A stretch of DNA of 64,000 nt from NCBI RefSeq assembly GCF_000142905.1, contig NW_013657623.1, positions 191,175 to 255,174 of the forward strand, read 5' to 3'. Shown here piece after piece: positions 33,975 to 43,900 of the stretch. Origin of the DNA: Thecamonas trahens ATCC 50062. Its lineage: Eukaryota; Protista; Apusomonadida. Below the pieces are notes generated by a model. That model saw only the letters and a list, made by a program, of their open reading frames with translations, ran no database searches and was not told where the DNA came from. A program made the position numbers and the translations under genes. Every line of letters starts with the position of its first letter. The first letter of the stretch is position 1.

Positions 33975-36900
33975 ATGGGCTGGATATGTGTGTGGTCGCG
34001 GACTCTGCCGAGTCTGGTCGTTGTGGTGGTACTTGTCCTCGCTCTGGCGGTGGTGGACTCTCGCTCGAATGGGCCGGTGACCGAAGCGGCCGAATGGCCG
34101 GCAAGCGACGCTGTCCAGCCACGCGTCCGCATTGCTGCCTACTATCAGGGCTCTTCGCCGCACATCTCGCTACTTCAACAATGGATTGCGGCGTACAATG
34201 CATATGCTGCAGGCAACACGAGTGCTGAGCTCGTCCTGTACCCCCTTCCTGACAGTTTCGAGGAGTCCCTTCCCTGGGTCCTTGGTGGCATGGACGTCAT
34301 TCTCACGTACCCAAGTCATGGCGAGACACTGCTGACCGGAGCGTATATGGTCCCGCTTGATGAGGTATGGCAGCGTAACGATCTGGAAGATGCTGTACTC
34401 GCTGTGCTCAAACGGACTCTGGCGGCGGGTGGTGACCACAGGTACGGCGTGCCGGCGCTTGCCCTTGCAGGCGTTTGCACCTACCGCAAGTCGATGTTTG
34501 CTGCGCTCGGCGTGACTGTGCCTAGCCATTGGACAGCCTTGCTCGCGTTGTGTGCCAAGGCCAAAGCTGCCGGGCGGATGTGCCTCGCGGTTGACGTGGG
34601 GATTGAGGGTGCGTCGGCGCTCTTTGACTTACTCTTCATCCGCATGTACGGTCACAAAGCTTACAGCGCATTCCTCCTCGGCGACGTCTCGTTTGTGGAC
34701 GGGCCGGTCCGGTCAGTGATGGAAGAAATCATCTGGCTCCATGAGGCTGGCTACTACGTGGCGTCGGACACACCGGCTGGGCGCAAGCTGCCGCACTCGC
34801 GTGGCGTCCTCAGCAATTCGTCTGTCATCTCGTGCGGCGTCGACATGTTTGCCAGCATGATGAGTCGGGACGAGTCTGCCGACGACCTCGCTTCGTTTGC
34901 CTTTCCTGTTTACGACGGCCCCATTGGGTCGGGGCGCGGCGCGGCGGACATGCACAGCGCACCGTCGACCTCGGTCTACTTGGCTGCTCCGCGAAGCGCT
35001 ACCAATGTGGCCGGCGCGGTTGACTTTCTGGCGTTTGTCTCGTCGGCTGCCGGACGCAGCATTCTCTCGGCGTGGCTGAGCCAGACGCATGCCTCGTGGG
35101 GTGTGCCGGTCTTCAAGTCGGTTGCTGATGAACTCGCGTCGCAGCGGACAGCGCTGGGCCGGCAGCTACTCGACTCTGACACTGCTCCGCCGCTTCCGTT
35201 TTCACGGCGGGGTCTCTCACCGCACCAGCTGTCTGTATCCTGGATTAAGCTGCTGGGCAACGTTCAGTTGGCGGCCACGGTGGCCGATGCACGGGAAGAG
35301 CTCGACGCTGGACTGGAGACGATGGAGGCGATTCGGCTCGCTGAACGGTTCCACAAGGCGTCACCGCCGCGAATGCTTCCAGTATCAGGGACGTACCTGG
35401 GCGATGTCGAGGTGACGATGACAAGTGTGACGCCGAACGCGACCATGTACTACACGCTCGACGGGAGTATGCCGACGCCGAGGTCGGCCAAGTACCGCGG
35501 GCCGTTTCGGGTGCGCGGCGAGGTGACGACGGTCCGGGCCATTGCGGTTGCGTTTGCACTCTACGAGTCGACGGTGGCCCAGGCCGAGTACAAGACAGCA
35601 TCGAGCGCCCAGAGCTACTTGGGCGCGGATGACGATTCGCTCAAGGTTGCACTCGGCGTGTCGACAGCGGTGGTGGCGTGCGCAGTGGTGGCGATTGCGG
35701 TTGGTGTGCTGGCGGTGCGGCGGCGGTTCCGGCGGACAGACGTTGCGCCGCTGGGCGACAAGGCAATTCCGTTTGACGAGTTGGATGTCAAGGGCGTTGT
35801 TGGGCTTGGTGTGTTTGGCATGGAGTACATGGGCGCGTGGCAAGGCAAGGCTGTCGTGGTCAAGCACTTGAGTAACTTTCCGACCCACGGAAGCTTCCGA
35901 CGCGAGTTCAATGTTAACTGGGCGGCGCTGGCAGACGAGATGGAGCACGTCATGCATCTCTCGCACCCGAACGTGTCGGCGGTGCTCGGCTTGGCGCGCT
36001 CGCCGCCGGTCCTTGTCAACGAGTTTGTGCCGCGCGGCTCGCTGTACAATGTGCTTCACACGCGGCACATTGCGCTCGACTCGAGTGTCATTTTTATGTG
36101 GGCACACAAGCTGTGCGAGGGCATGGCGTACTTGGTGGAGCACGGCGTGACGCATGGCAGCCTCTCGTCGCTCAGCATCCGACTCGACAACGGGTGGCAG
36201 CCGAAGCTCTGTGACTTTGGCTTTCCGCTCCTCCGGACCGGCTCGACCTCGGCGCGGAATGCGCTTGATCGGACGCACCTTGTCGAGTCTGGGCGCCTGG
36301 TGGCGTCGTCGTCTGGCTTCGGCTTGTCGAGCACGTACATGTCGACCGGCCATGGACCGAGGTTGATGGCAGCGGTGCTGGAGGGCTCGCTCTCGGCTGG
36401 CTCGACGAGCCAAATGTTCGGCTCTGTAACCGAGGGAGAGATGAATGTGGCCAAAGAGCTGCCGTCTGCTGAGTCGATGTACTGGCTAGCGCCCGAGGTG
36501 CTCCAGCTCGGGGCGAATGGGTTGTCGCGTGCGGCGGATGCGTATGCGCTTGGCATTGTACTGTGGGAGCTGACGACACGGCGCGACGTGTACTGGGCGG
36601 AGAATCCGCTTGCGGCGGCGCTTGATGTGGTGCGCAACGAGAGGCGGCCCAACGTGGGCGAGGTGCCGGTTGTTTTTGATGACATCCGCAGCGTCATGGT
36701 CGAGTTGTGGCGGCCCGAGCCCGAAGCGCGGATGGAGTTTGTGGTTGCGGCGCATGCGCTAGGTGCGCTTTACAGCGAGAGCCATGTCATTCTCCCCCGA
36801 TGCATGGCGGCGGTGGTAGGCCGAACAACAGTGGTCCACTGCGAGCTTCTGGGTGCGCTCCGGGGCTTGCTCTGCGGAAGTAAGGCCGAGACCGCGCGCC

Positions 36901-38615
36901 TGACGGCGTTCCACCACGGCCTCCCGGAGCTGGCCAAGCGGACGGGCGGCACAGTGTTTGAGTGGGGCTTGGGGTGGGTGACAGCAGTCATGGAGACGCG
37001 GCAGTCGGTAATTGACTTTGCGCGGTTTATCCGCGAGTTGGAGCTGTCTTCGGGCCCGGTGACAGTGATGGCGACGCATGCCGAGCTAGAGGCGATCGAC
37101 GTCGACGCAGGGCGGCGGACCCTTGCCGGGCCCGCCATGAGCGCCATGCGCACCAGCTGGCGAGCCATGTTTGGCCCATACCGCAACGAGAATCTCACTC
37201 GGCACACGGGTAATGGGCACGCCCCATCGAGCGCAACCGGAGTGTTTGCGGTCGGCGAGCTGGCATCTGTGCTCAAGGGTGACGTCCATGTCACGCTGCA
37301 CAAGGTCGGCCAGCCTGGCGTGTGGCAGCTGCTGCGAGTCGGAGAGGCGCCTGTTGAGCTCGACGCTGACGCTGTCGCAAGAGATGGGACGCTCGGCAAA
37401 GGAGCGAGACGGCGGGGCAGGGCCATGTCGGCTGGTGCGGCCAGCGAGGCGCTTTCGTCGGAACTGTCATCGTCATCGTCAAGCCTTAGCGGCGAAGAGC
37501 GAGAGAGCACAAGCATTGCTGAACGGGTTGCATCTGCAGGAACGCTTGGCGTGCAGGAGCAGTCGCGAGCGATGCTTCGCGAGGTGACAGCCGGCGTGAC
37601 GGCGCTGCACCTGCTGACGACGAGCGAAGTGGCAGCGATGGTGGAGCAAGGTGGCGAAGTATGGCAGAGCTCACTAGGCGTTTCGCACAAGGCCGAGCTT
37701 CCGTACGGCGACGATGAGGAGCTCACGCACCCTGTAGTCGTCAAGGTTCTCGCGCGGCAGACGTACTCGGCATCGGAGCTGGTGGTGTTTGCGGCAGTGT
37801 GTGTGGAGGCAGCGGCGACGCAGGTGGGCGGCGTGATGGGGCCGATTGCGGTGTGTGTAGAGGCACCGTACATGGCAATTGTGACGCCGCGGTTTGAGCA
37901 GGGCTCGCTAGCGGATGCGCTGACGCTCTCGATCTCATCTGTGACAACACAGCGGGTGCGCGATGTATGTGTCTCGATACTGTCGGGTCTTGCAGCACTG
38001 CATGCGGCGTCGGGCCGCGGGCACGGCGCGCTCCGCCCGTCGAACATCATGCTCGAGGGCCGCGGCTTGGGCGAGGCAGCGTCGCGGCGGCTGGCGGTGA
38101 CGCTGGTCGACTTTGGGCTAGAGGCGGTGCGGACTAACCTGGGGACGGTGACGCAAGTGCCGGTTGTGCGGTACATGTCGCCTGAGGCGCTTCGTGGGGT
38201 GGCCGGCTCGCAACAGGGCGACATCTTTGTGGCGGGCACCATCATATACGAGCTCGTAACCGGCTTTCCCGCCTTTGGCGACGAGAGCTCGTCGCTCGAA
38301 GCGGCGATGGACATTGTCGACGGAAAACGGCCGGTGCTCGATGAGCATCTTGTCTTCTCCGAGTCGCTGCGGAGCCTCATCCAGCGGTGCTGGCTAGAAA
38401 ATGCCCAGCTTCGGCCGAGTGCTGATGAGTTGCTGAGCGAGCTGAGCAAGCTAGCCGTCGGCGACTTTATCGGTGTCCAACGGCGAGCTGCGCACGGCCG
38501 GACCATTCCCGCGGGAGCAACAGCCTCCGAGTCAAGCTCGACAGCACGATCCGGTGTGAGCATGGGCACCCACGGCCCGCCACGACCGCATCCTGCCCAG
38601 CTCCGCCTCACATAG
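33975..38615 (+). CDS. Receptor: signal peptide, bacterial-type solute-binding domain, chitobiase/Fn3-like domain, TM, kinase-like, degenerate cyclase, kinase-like
   Basis: SBP motifs YGVP, TYRKSMF..LGVTVP.HW..LLALC. TPNATMYYTLDGSMPT. TM VALGVSTAVVACAVVAIAVGVLAV. Two TKL-like domains with DFG and APE/SPE but HGS/HGA replacing HRD. Confidence 0.85.
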   Translation: MGWICVWSRTLPSLVVVVVLVLALAVVDSRSNGPVTEAAEWPASDAVQPRVRIAAYYQGSSPHISLLQQWIAAYNAYAAGNTSAELVLYPLPDSFEESLPWVLGGMDVILTYPSHGETLLTGAYMVPLDEVWQRNDLEDAVLAVLKRTLAAGGDHRYGVPALALAGVCTYRKSMFAALGVTVPSHWTALLALCAKAKAAGRMCLAVDVGIEGASALFDLLFIRMYGHKAYSAFLLGDVSFVDGPVRSVMEEIIWLHEAGYYVASDTPAGRKLPHSRGVLSNSSVISCGVDMFASMMSRDESADDLASFAFPVYDGPIGSGRGAADMHSAPSTSVYLAAPRSATNVAGAVDFLAFVSSAAGRSILSAWLSQTHASWGVPVFKSVADELASQRTALGRQLLDSDTAPPLPFSRRGLSPHQLSVSWIKLLGNVQLAATVADAREELDAGLETMEAIRLAERFHKASPPRMLPVSGTYLGDVEVTMTSVTPNATMYYTLDGSMPTPRSAKYRGPFRVRGEVTTVRAIAVAFALYESTVAQAEYKTASSAQSYLGADDDSLKVALGVSTAVVACAVVAIAVGVLAVRRRFRRTDVAPLGDKAIPFDELDVKGVVGLGVFGMEYMGAWQGKAVVVKHLSNFPTHGSFRREFNVNWAALADEMEHVMHLSHPNVSAVLGLARSPPVLVNEFVPRGSLYNVLHTRHIALDSSVIFMWAHKLCEGMAYLVEHGVTHGSLSSLSIRLDNGWQPKLCDFGFPLLRTGSTSARNALDRTHLVESGRLVASSSGFGLSSTYMSTGHGPRLMAAVLEGSLSAGSTSQMFGSVTEGEMNVAKELPSAESMYWLAPEVLQLGANGLSRAADAYALGIVLWELTTRRDVYWAENPLAAALDVVRNERRPNVGEVPVVFDDIRSVMVELWRPEPEARMEFVVAAHALGALYSESHVILPRCMAAVVGRTTVVHCELLGALRGLLCGSKAETARLTAFHHGLPELAKRTGGTVFEWGLGWVTAVMETRQSVIDFARFIRELELSSGPVTVMATHAELEAIDVDAGRRTLAGPAMSAMRTSWRAMFGPYRNENLTRHTGNGHAPSSATGVFAVGELASVLKGDVHVTLHKVGQPGVWQLLRVGEAPVELDADAVARDGTLGKGARRRGRAMSAGAASEALSSELSSSSSSLSGEERESTSIAERVASAGTLGVQEQSRAMLREVTAGVTALHLLTTSEVAAMVEQGGEVWQSSLGVSHKAELPYGDDEELTHPVVVKVLARQTYSASELVVFAAVCVEAAATQVGGVMGPIAVCVEAPYMAIVTPRFEQGSLADALTLSISSVTTQRVRDVCVSILSGLAALHAASGRGHGALRPSNIMLEGRGLGEAASRRLAVTLVDFGLEAVRTNLGTVTQVPVVRYMSPEALRGVAGSQQGDIFVAGTIIYELVTGFPAFGDESSSLEAAMDIVDGKRPVLDEHLVFSESLRSLIQRCWLENAQLRPSADELLSELSKLAVGDFIGVQRRAAHGRTIPAGATASESSSTARSGVSMGTHGPPRPHPAQLRLT

Positions 38616-38816
38616 TTGCTCATCGTAAATGAAGCGGGAGCCAGCGTAGGCGGTGGGGTCAGTGCGATGAGAGGACCGAAAGCGGTGATGGTTCGGATCG
38701 CCCGCTTAGCGACACGCCGCTGCAGTTGGAGGGAGGGGAGGAGGGGGGAGGGGGGGGGGGGGGGGTATAGGCATGTTGCACACATACACTTCTCCTCAAG
38801 TGTCCTAGGTGGGCAG

Positions 38817-38854
38817 ATAGAGAGAGAGAGAGTGTGTGTGTGTGTGTGTGTGTG
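38817..38854 (+). repeat. (GA)n(GT)n compound microsatellite
   Basis: Visible dinucleotide runs. Confidence 0.9.
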
Positions 38855-39078
38855 CTACATCCAGAAGACTGTGGCCGCGAGTGCCAAGCAAGCACCACTT
38901 GTTGAGCAACGTGTCGAGCTGCGTGTTGAGCAACAAGTGCAGACGCGAGACCGACCAAGGCAGGACAAGGGCAGGCCGCGAACAAAGCCGTACCAACCAA
39001 CCAACCCCCTCCTCCTGTCAGTGACCGTCACAGGCAAGAGACACTGAGGCAAGTGAGGCACCCACGTTCTGTGTCACA

Positions 39079-40944
39079 ATGCCAATGGAGTCGATGCTGC
39101 TGAGACGCAGAGTCTTGCGCAATCGGACTGTCCGGATTCCCGCCTCGCCCACAGAGTCTGCCGTTGCGCTGGCCAACGTCTTGCCATCGCCGCGTCGGTC
39201 GGCTCGCGGGCGGCCTGACATGTCACCGCCATCGTCGTCGCCGCCGCCGGTGGAGACGATGCAGTCGCGCGGGGGATCGCCTCGGCGTGTCACTCGCGGC
39301 GCGTCGTCGTCGGTCTTTGCCTTTGACAGCCATACCGAGGCGGCCGGCCCATCGCCTGCTGATTCGCACAGCCGGTCGCGGTCACAGTCGCGGTCGCGGT
39401 CGCGGTCGCGGTCGCAGTCGGTGGCGCGCGAGGTGCGCGAGCGGAGCGTGACGATCGAGGTGGACGTTGGAGCAGAGAGCAAGGAGCCGATGGCGATGAG
39501 GATGGAGACTGTCTTTGCCTTTCCGTTCAACTACGGTGATGAGGCGTTGGAGGCCAAGGGAATGGGCAGCGGGGTGGGCACGACGCTGCAACGATTTGTG
39601 TCGGCAACGAACACGCTTGTGGGCGCTGCTGTCGGTGCCCCGCTCGATCAGTGGCAGCCTGGCGAGTCTGCCCGGAACAAGGATATGGAGTTTGAAGAGA
39701 TGCTCCTGGTGCGCCGGCTCGCTGCGCTCGAGCTGGGGTACGCGGATGCGCGCGTAGTGGCAGACCGGGTGGGGACCGAGGCGTGGTCGCTGCCGGTGGC
39801 CCTCCACATTGCAGGAGGTGTTTCCGCCGAGCTGGTGAGCGTGGAGGTGCAGCTCTACTCCAAGTCGGTCGGCCTTCTCATGTTTTCGGTTGCGTCCGAC
39901 GAGCGTGTTGAGATCAACGAAACCATTGTACTGATCAACGTGCTGCGGCGGCTGACCGAGGCCGACAACGTCTTTGTCACGCCGCATCAAGAGCACTCGC
40001 CGCAGCGGCGGCAGCGGAGGCGGGCGTCGGGTGGCGGCAGCGGGCTCTTTGGCACGCCGCGGGTCTCGACTGTCGGGCCTGAGGCACCGGTCGCGTTTGC
40101 CTCGCGCGACCTCGTGTCGTCGGCGCTCAACGCAACGCTTGGACGCGGGGCGTGGACAGCGGCCGGTGGCCTCGATCGGCTCTTCACTTACACCACGGTA
40201 CTGGCGTCGCTGCCAGAGGAGGCCAACGACTTTGCGCTGCGGCGCAAGGTAGCGTACCATCTGGCGACGGTGACGCGGCTGCTGACGCGAGTCGACGAGT
40301 CGTTCATCGAGGAGTTCACCGAGAAGAATGGGTACGGGCGGTTCCTGACCGAGGCCGAAGGCGGCTCGCACATTGTGTTCTCGCACAACGGTGGAGCTGC
40401 GGTGGTGGTGGGCGCGCCAGGCTGCGACTCGGCGGCCATGCTGGCCAAGGGCTGGAAGGGCACTCAGCGGTATACCAAGGCGCTCATCGAACCGCTTCTC
40501 TACCAGCGGACGTATCTGCAATCGCTCGGGGAGCAGCTCTCTGAGCTGATGCTCGCGCGACGAAAGACAAGCTGCCTCGACGAGCTCGCTGAGATCCACG
40601 GCTCGGTGCTGGAGTTCAAGGCGCGCTACTCGCAGCGGTCGATCTTCAAGACCCGGTCGATGAAGGAGCTGTTCGCGATCTGGTCAGCTACCGTCGGGCT
40701 CGACGTGCTCAACTCGTCGCTTGCCAGTTCTATCGGCGACCTGCACACCTACTACTCGGACGTCTCGTCGCGCAACACCCAGAAACGGCTCGACGTCCTC
40801 GCGGTTGTCCTTGGCATGCTCACGCTCGCCGAGCTCGTCATCAACGTCTACTTTTCTGACGCCGACTGGTGGGTCCCGCTGGCTGTCATCGGCGTCTTTG
40901 GCGTCCTCGCCGCCATCATCCTCATGCTGTACGTGTTCAAGTGA
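39079..40944 (+). CDS. Intronless divergent CorA-like protein with two C-terminal TM helices (no canonical GMN)
   Basis: Long helical stalk (LYQRTYLQSL...LEFKARY...ELFAIW...IGDLHTY) followed by two TMs. N-terminal FAFPF, VQLYSKSVGLLMF, INVLRRL and DRLF motifs resemble bacterial divergent CorA-like proteins. Confidence 0.6.
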   Translation: MPMESMLLRRRVLRNRTVRIPASPTESAVALANVLPSPRRSARGRPDMSPPSSSPPPVETMQSRGGSPRRVTRGASSSVFAFDSHTEAAGPSPADSHSRSRSQSRSRSRSRSQSVAREVRERSVTIEVDVGAESKEPMAMRMETVFAFPFNYGDEALEAKGMGSGVGTTLQRFVSATNTLVGAAVGAPLDQWQPGESARNKDMEFEEMLLVRRLAALELGYADARVVADRVGTEAWSLPVALHIAGGVSAELVSVEVQLYSKSVGLLMFSVASDERVEINETIVLINVLRRLTEADNVFVTPHQEHSPQRRQRRRASGGGSGLFGTPRVSTVGPEAPVAFASRDLVSSALNATLGRGAWTAAGGLDRLFTYTTVLASLPEEANDFALRRKVAYHLATVTRLLTRVDESFIEEFTEKNGYGRFLTEAEGGSHIVFSHNGGAAVVVGAPGCDSAAMLAKGWKGTQRYTKALIEPLLYQRTYLQSLGEQLSELMLARRKTSCLDELAEIHGSVLEFKARYSQRSIFKTRSMKELFAIWSATVGLDVLNSSLASSIGDLHTYYSDVSSRNTQKRLDVLAVVLGMLTLAELVINVYFSDADWWVPLAVIGVFGVLAAIILMLYVFK

Positions 40945-40993
40945 TGAAGTAGCGGGCTCACAGGCAAGTGGACTCCGGTGGAGCTCTCGGTGT

Positions 40994-43900
40994 TTACTCG
41001 CTGGCGTTGAGGTCGTCAAGGCCAGGCGGGCGCATGCAGACTGCTGACGGGCTCGGCTCAAAGGCGGCAAGCATGGAGACGAGCGCAGACATGGGAAGAT
41101 TGTGGACGCCGCGGGAACGAAGACGCGCGAGATCGGCGCCGGTAGTGACCAGCTCGAGGATGCCGACGGCGTAGCCGGCCTTGGTGGCCGAATCTAGGTA
41201 GGGCGCCAGGCTTGCAAGCGTGACCGATGTGTTGTCGACAATGACCAAGCCGACGTCGGTGGCAAGAGCATCATTAAAGGCTGTCTGGCACGCGGCGTGG
41301 GCGAGTGGGAGGAGGCTGGTGTCAAAGACGGCGGCGTAGACCTCGTGAGGCAGCATGCCCTTGCGCTTCTTGGCGGTCAGCTTGCCGGCACCGGCCTCAA
41401 AGTAAGCATCTGCCGAGACGACCGAAATCTCGTCGCCGGCACGTCCGAGCTGAGCTACGATCTCGGTGATGAGCGTCGACTTGCCGGTACCGGGCAAGCC
41501 GCGGACGAGGAGAACTTTGCGCGTGGCCTTGCCCAGAGGATCCAGCACATGTTCGATGACGTGAGATGGAGTGGCCACATGGAGCGGCGACGGTGCCGGT
41601 GGTGCTTTCCCGGCATCGTCGCGCCAGGCCGCGTACGGTCGCGTGATGGTGACCGTGAGCTTACGCGAGGCCTTCTTGCCTTCGGCGTGCGTAGAGAAGC
41701 CGTAGCTTTCCGCAAGCTCGTGAATGATCTTGCGCTGGTCGGCTGTGGTGGTGCCGGCCTTGAGTTTGAGTTTCTCGCCCGGAAGGCCGGCCTCGAGAAG
41801 CGTGGCAAGATCACGGCGGAGGCGCGTAGGAAGGCCGATGGAAGCGATGGCGTCAGAGAGTGCATGCCATGAAAGGCTGGCCGGCACTGCGCCGGCATGG
41901 TGCGTGTCGCTGCCAGTGATTGTGTGCCCGACATGGCCGACGAGTCTCGCAAGGGTTGGTGGAACGTCTGCGCGCTGTGCACCAGCGCAACCAGCAACGT
42001 CAAGCCCGATCGCTGGCGCTCTTCCCGAAGCCATACCGAGTGTGAGATGGGCAACCTGGCCGTGCGCAAGCGGCATGCGAGCAGGCAGGTCGACGAGGGC
42101 AACAAGGCCAGCGTCCGGTACATAGGCAAACGACGCAGCCGCAAACTCAATGGAGGCGCCGGTGAGTGGAATGAGCTCGGCGAGGAGATCGTTAGCGGGG
42201 CGGTGAGCAAGGGTGATGTGCGGCGGAGCGAGCGGGCGAAGAAGATTACAGCTGCTCGCGTCAGGGCTGAGGCCAAGGCCAAGAAGCGCCGCATGCCACA
42301 GGGCGTCCGCGTCCTTCTCCGAGACAAAGATCGCTGTGTAGATGACAGCAGCGTCGGTCGGCAGTGGCAGAGCAGTGATCACACCTGGGGGCGCCGGGGC
42401 GGTGGATCGGGGGTAGCGGGCGAGCGCGCGCGGCGATGCATGACACTCGTGGCGGTGAGTGTAGATGCGAGCGAGAGGCTCTGGCAATGCGTTCGAGACA
42501 GCAAGAAGGCTGGTGAGGGATGTGGCGGCAGCGTCGAGACAAGCGGGAGGCAGAGGACGGGCGCACCAGTCCAGATCGTCATGGGCGTCGGGCGCGCAAA
42601 ACGCGCGAAGCGGAGCAGAGTCGGGCAGGGTGGCCAGAGCGGCGTCAATGTCGCGGCCTGCAGTGATGACACGGATGTCAAGTCCGGGCGTGGCAGCCAT
42701 TCGCGTGATGACTGTGCCGAGATTGCAGCTGGCCTTGACGAGGTGCGGCGAGTCAGTGATGAGGCTGCAGAGAGCGGCGACGAGGTCGGGCGGAAGAAGG
42801 GTAAAGGTGAGGAGGTCGATGGCCCAGGAGCGGGGCGGGGCGTTGGGTGTCTCGAGGGCAAGGCCTAGAACAAGCGGGCTTGTGCGTCCGCCGCCCGGCC
42901 AGAGCTGAAGAGCAACCGCGCGTAGGTCCGGCACTGCGAGTGCGTCGACGAGACCGGCGATGCCCCAGGTTGCCGGTGGAGGAGCTGGCGATGGTGGAAG
43001 AGACAGGGTTGGAAGGCTAGGGGCATCAACAGCGCCGACAAGAAGCTTCAGCTCGTAGGCAGAGCGCTGTGGTGTGGAATGGTGGACAAAGACCCCGCCG
43101 CGGGCGATCCAGGGGTGCGATGCTTGAGCGAGTCATCGATGAGGACGGCGCCAGGGATCGCAAACGGAGACTTGTCCGAATCCTCAGCAAAGAGCACACG
43201 GTCAGCGGGTAGGCCGAGATGGGCCTTGCACCAGGCTCGCTTTTTCTTGCGGGCCTGCTTCCCGATTTTGCCGTGAGGCACAGCAGTGAGGATGTGGAGC
43301 GAAGCGATGGCACCGGCAGCACGCAGGTCGAGAAGGGACTTCCACAGGATGGCAGCGCCGTCTGTCAGAGCGAGTGAGCCAAAAAAGCCCGCGCTCGAGC
43401 CGATGAGTTTCCACATCTTGGCCGGACCGAGCTCTGCCGAGCTCATGCCGCGCGAGAGGGCACGGACGCCAGCCTCAAAGTCAGCGAGTACGCCGTCGAG
43501 GTCGCAGAAGACCGGTGGGGGCCTGATGGCGAGCGAATTGAGCTCGATGCGGCAAGCAGGTCAGCCTTGTCGGACTCGACAGCGAGTCGGATAGCAACTC
43601 CGCGGTCGATGGATGCCTCGATACCGGTGGTGAGCTGGCGGAGAGTGATGGAAGAGCCAACCGGGACAAGGCAGGCAGCGATGGCACGAGTAGCACCTGA
43701 TGCGGCGTCGGTGGCGCAGACGCGCCAGTGGGCGAGAGCAGCCGAGCCCGAGAAGGCCGAGACGGCAGCAGCGGGCGGGAGGAGATCGATTCGGAGCTCG
43801 CGCGAGCCGTCCTTGCAGTACTTTTCCCAGAGGCCCTTGATGGCACCAGTCGACGGGGCGTAGCCCGGCTCGACAGCGAGACGCGTGGCGTCGCCGACGG

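Noticed and set aside
43048-43446. Stand-alone 132-aa gene, or a three-gene operon at 40994-45941
   Set aside because: Its HAD motif I lies upstream of the Met and its C-terminal motif continues in another frame, so single-base corrections give one continuous protein.
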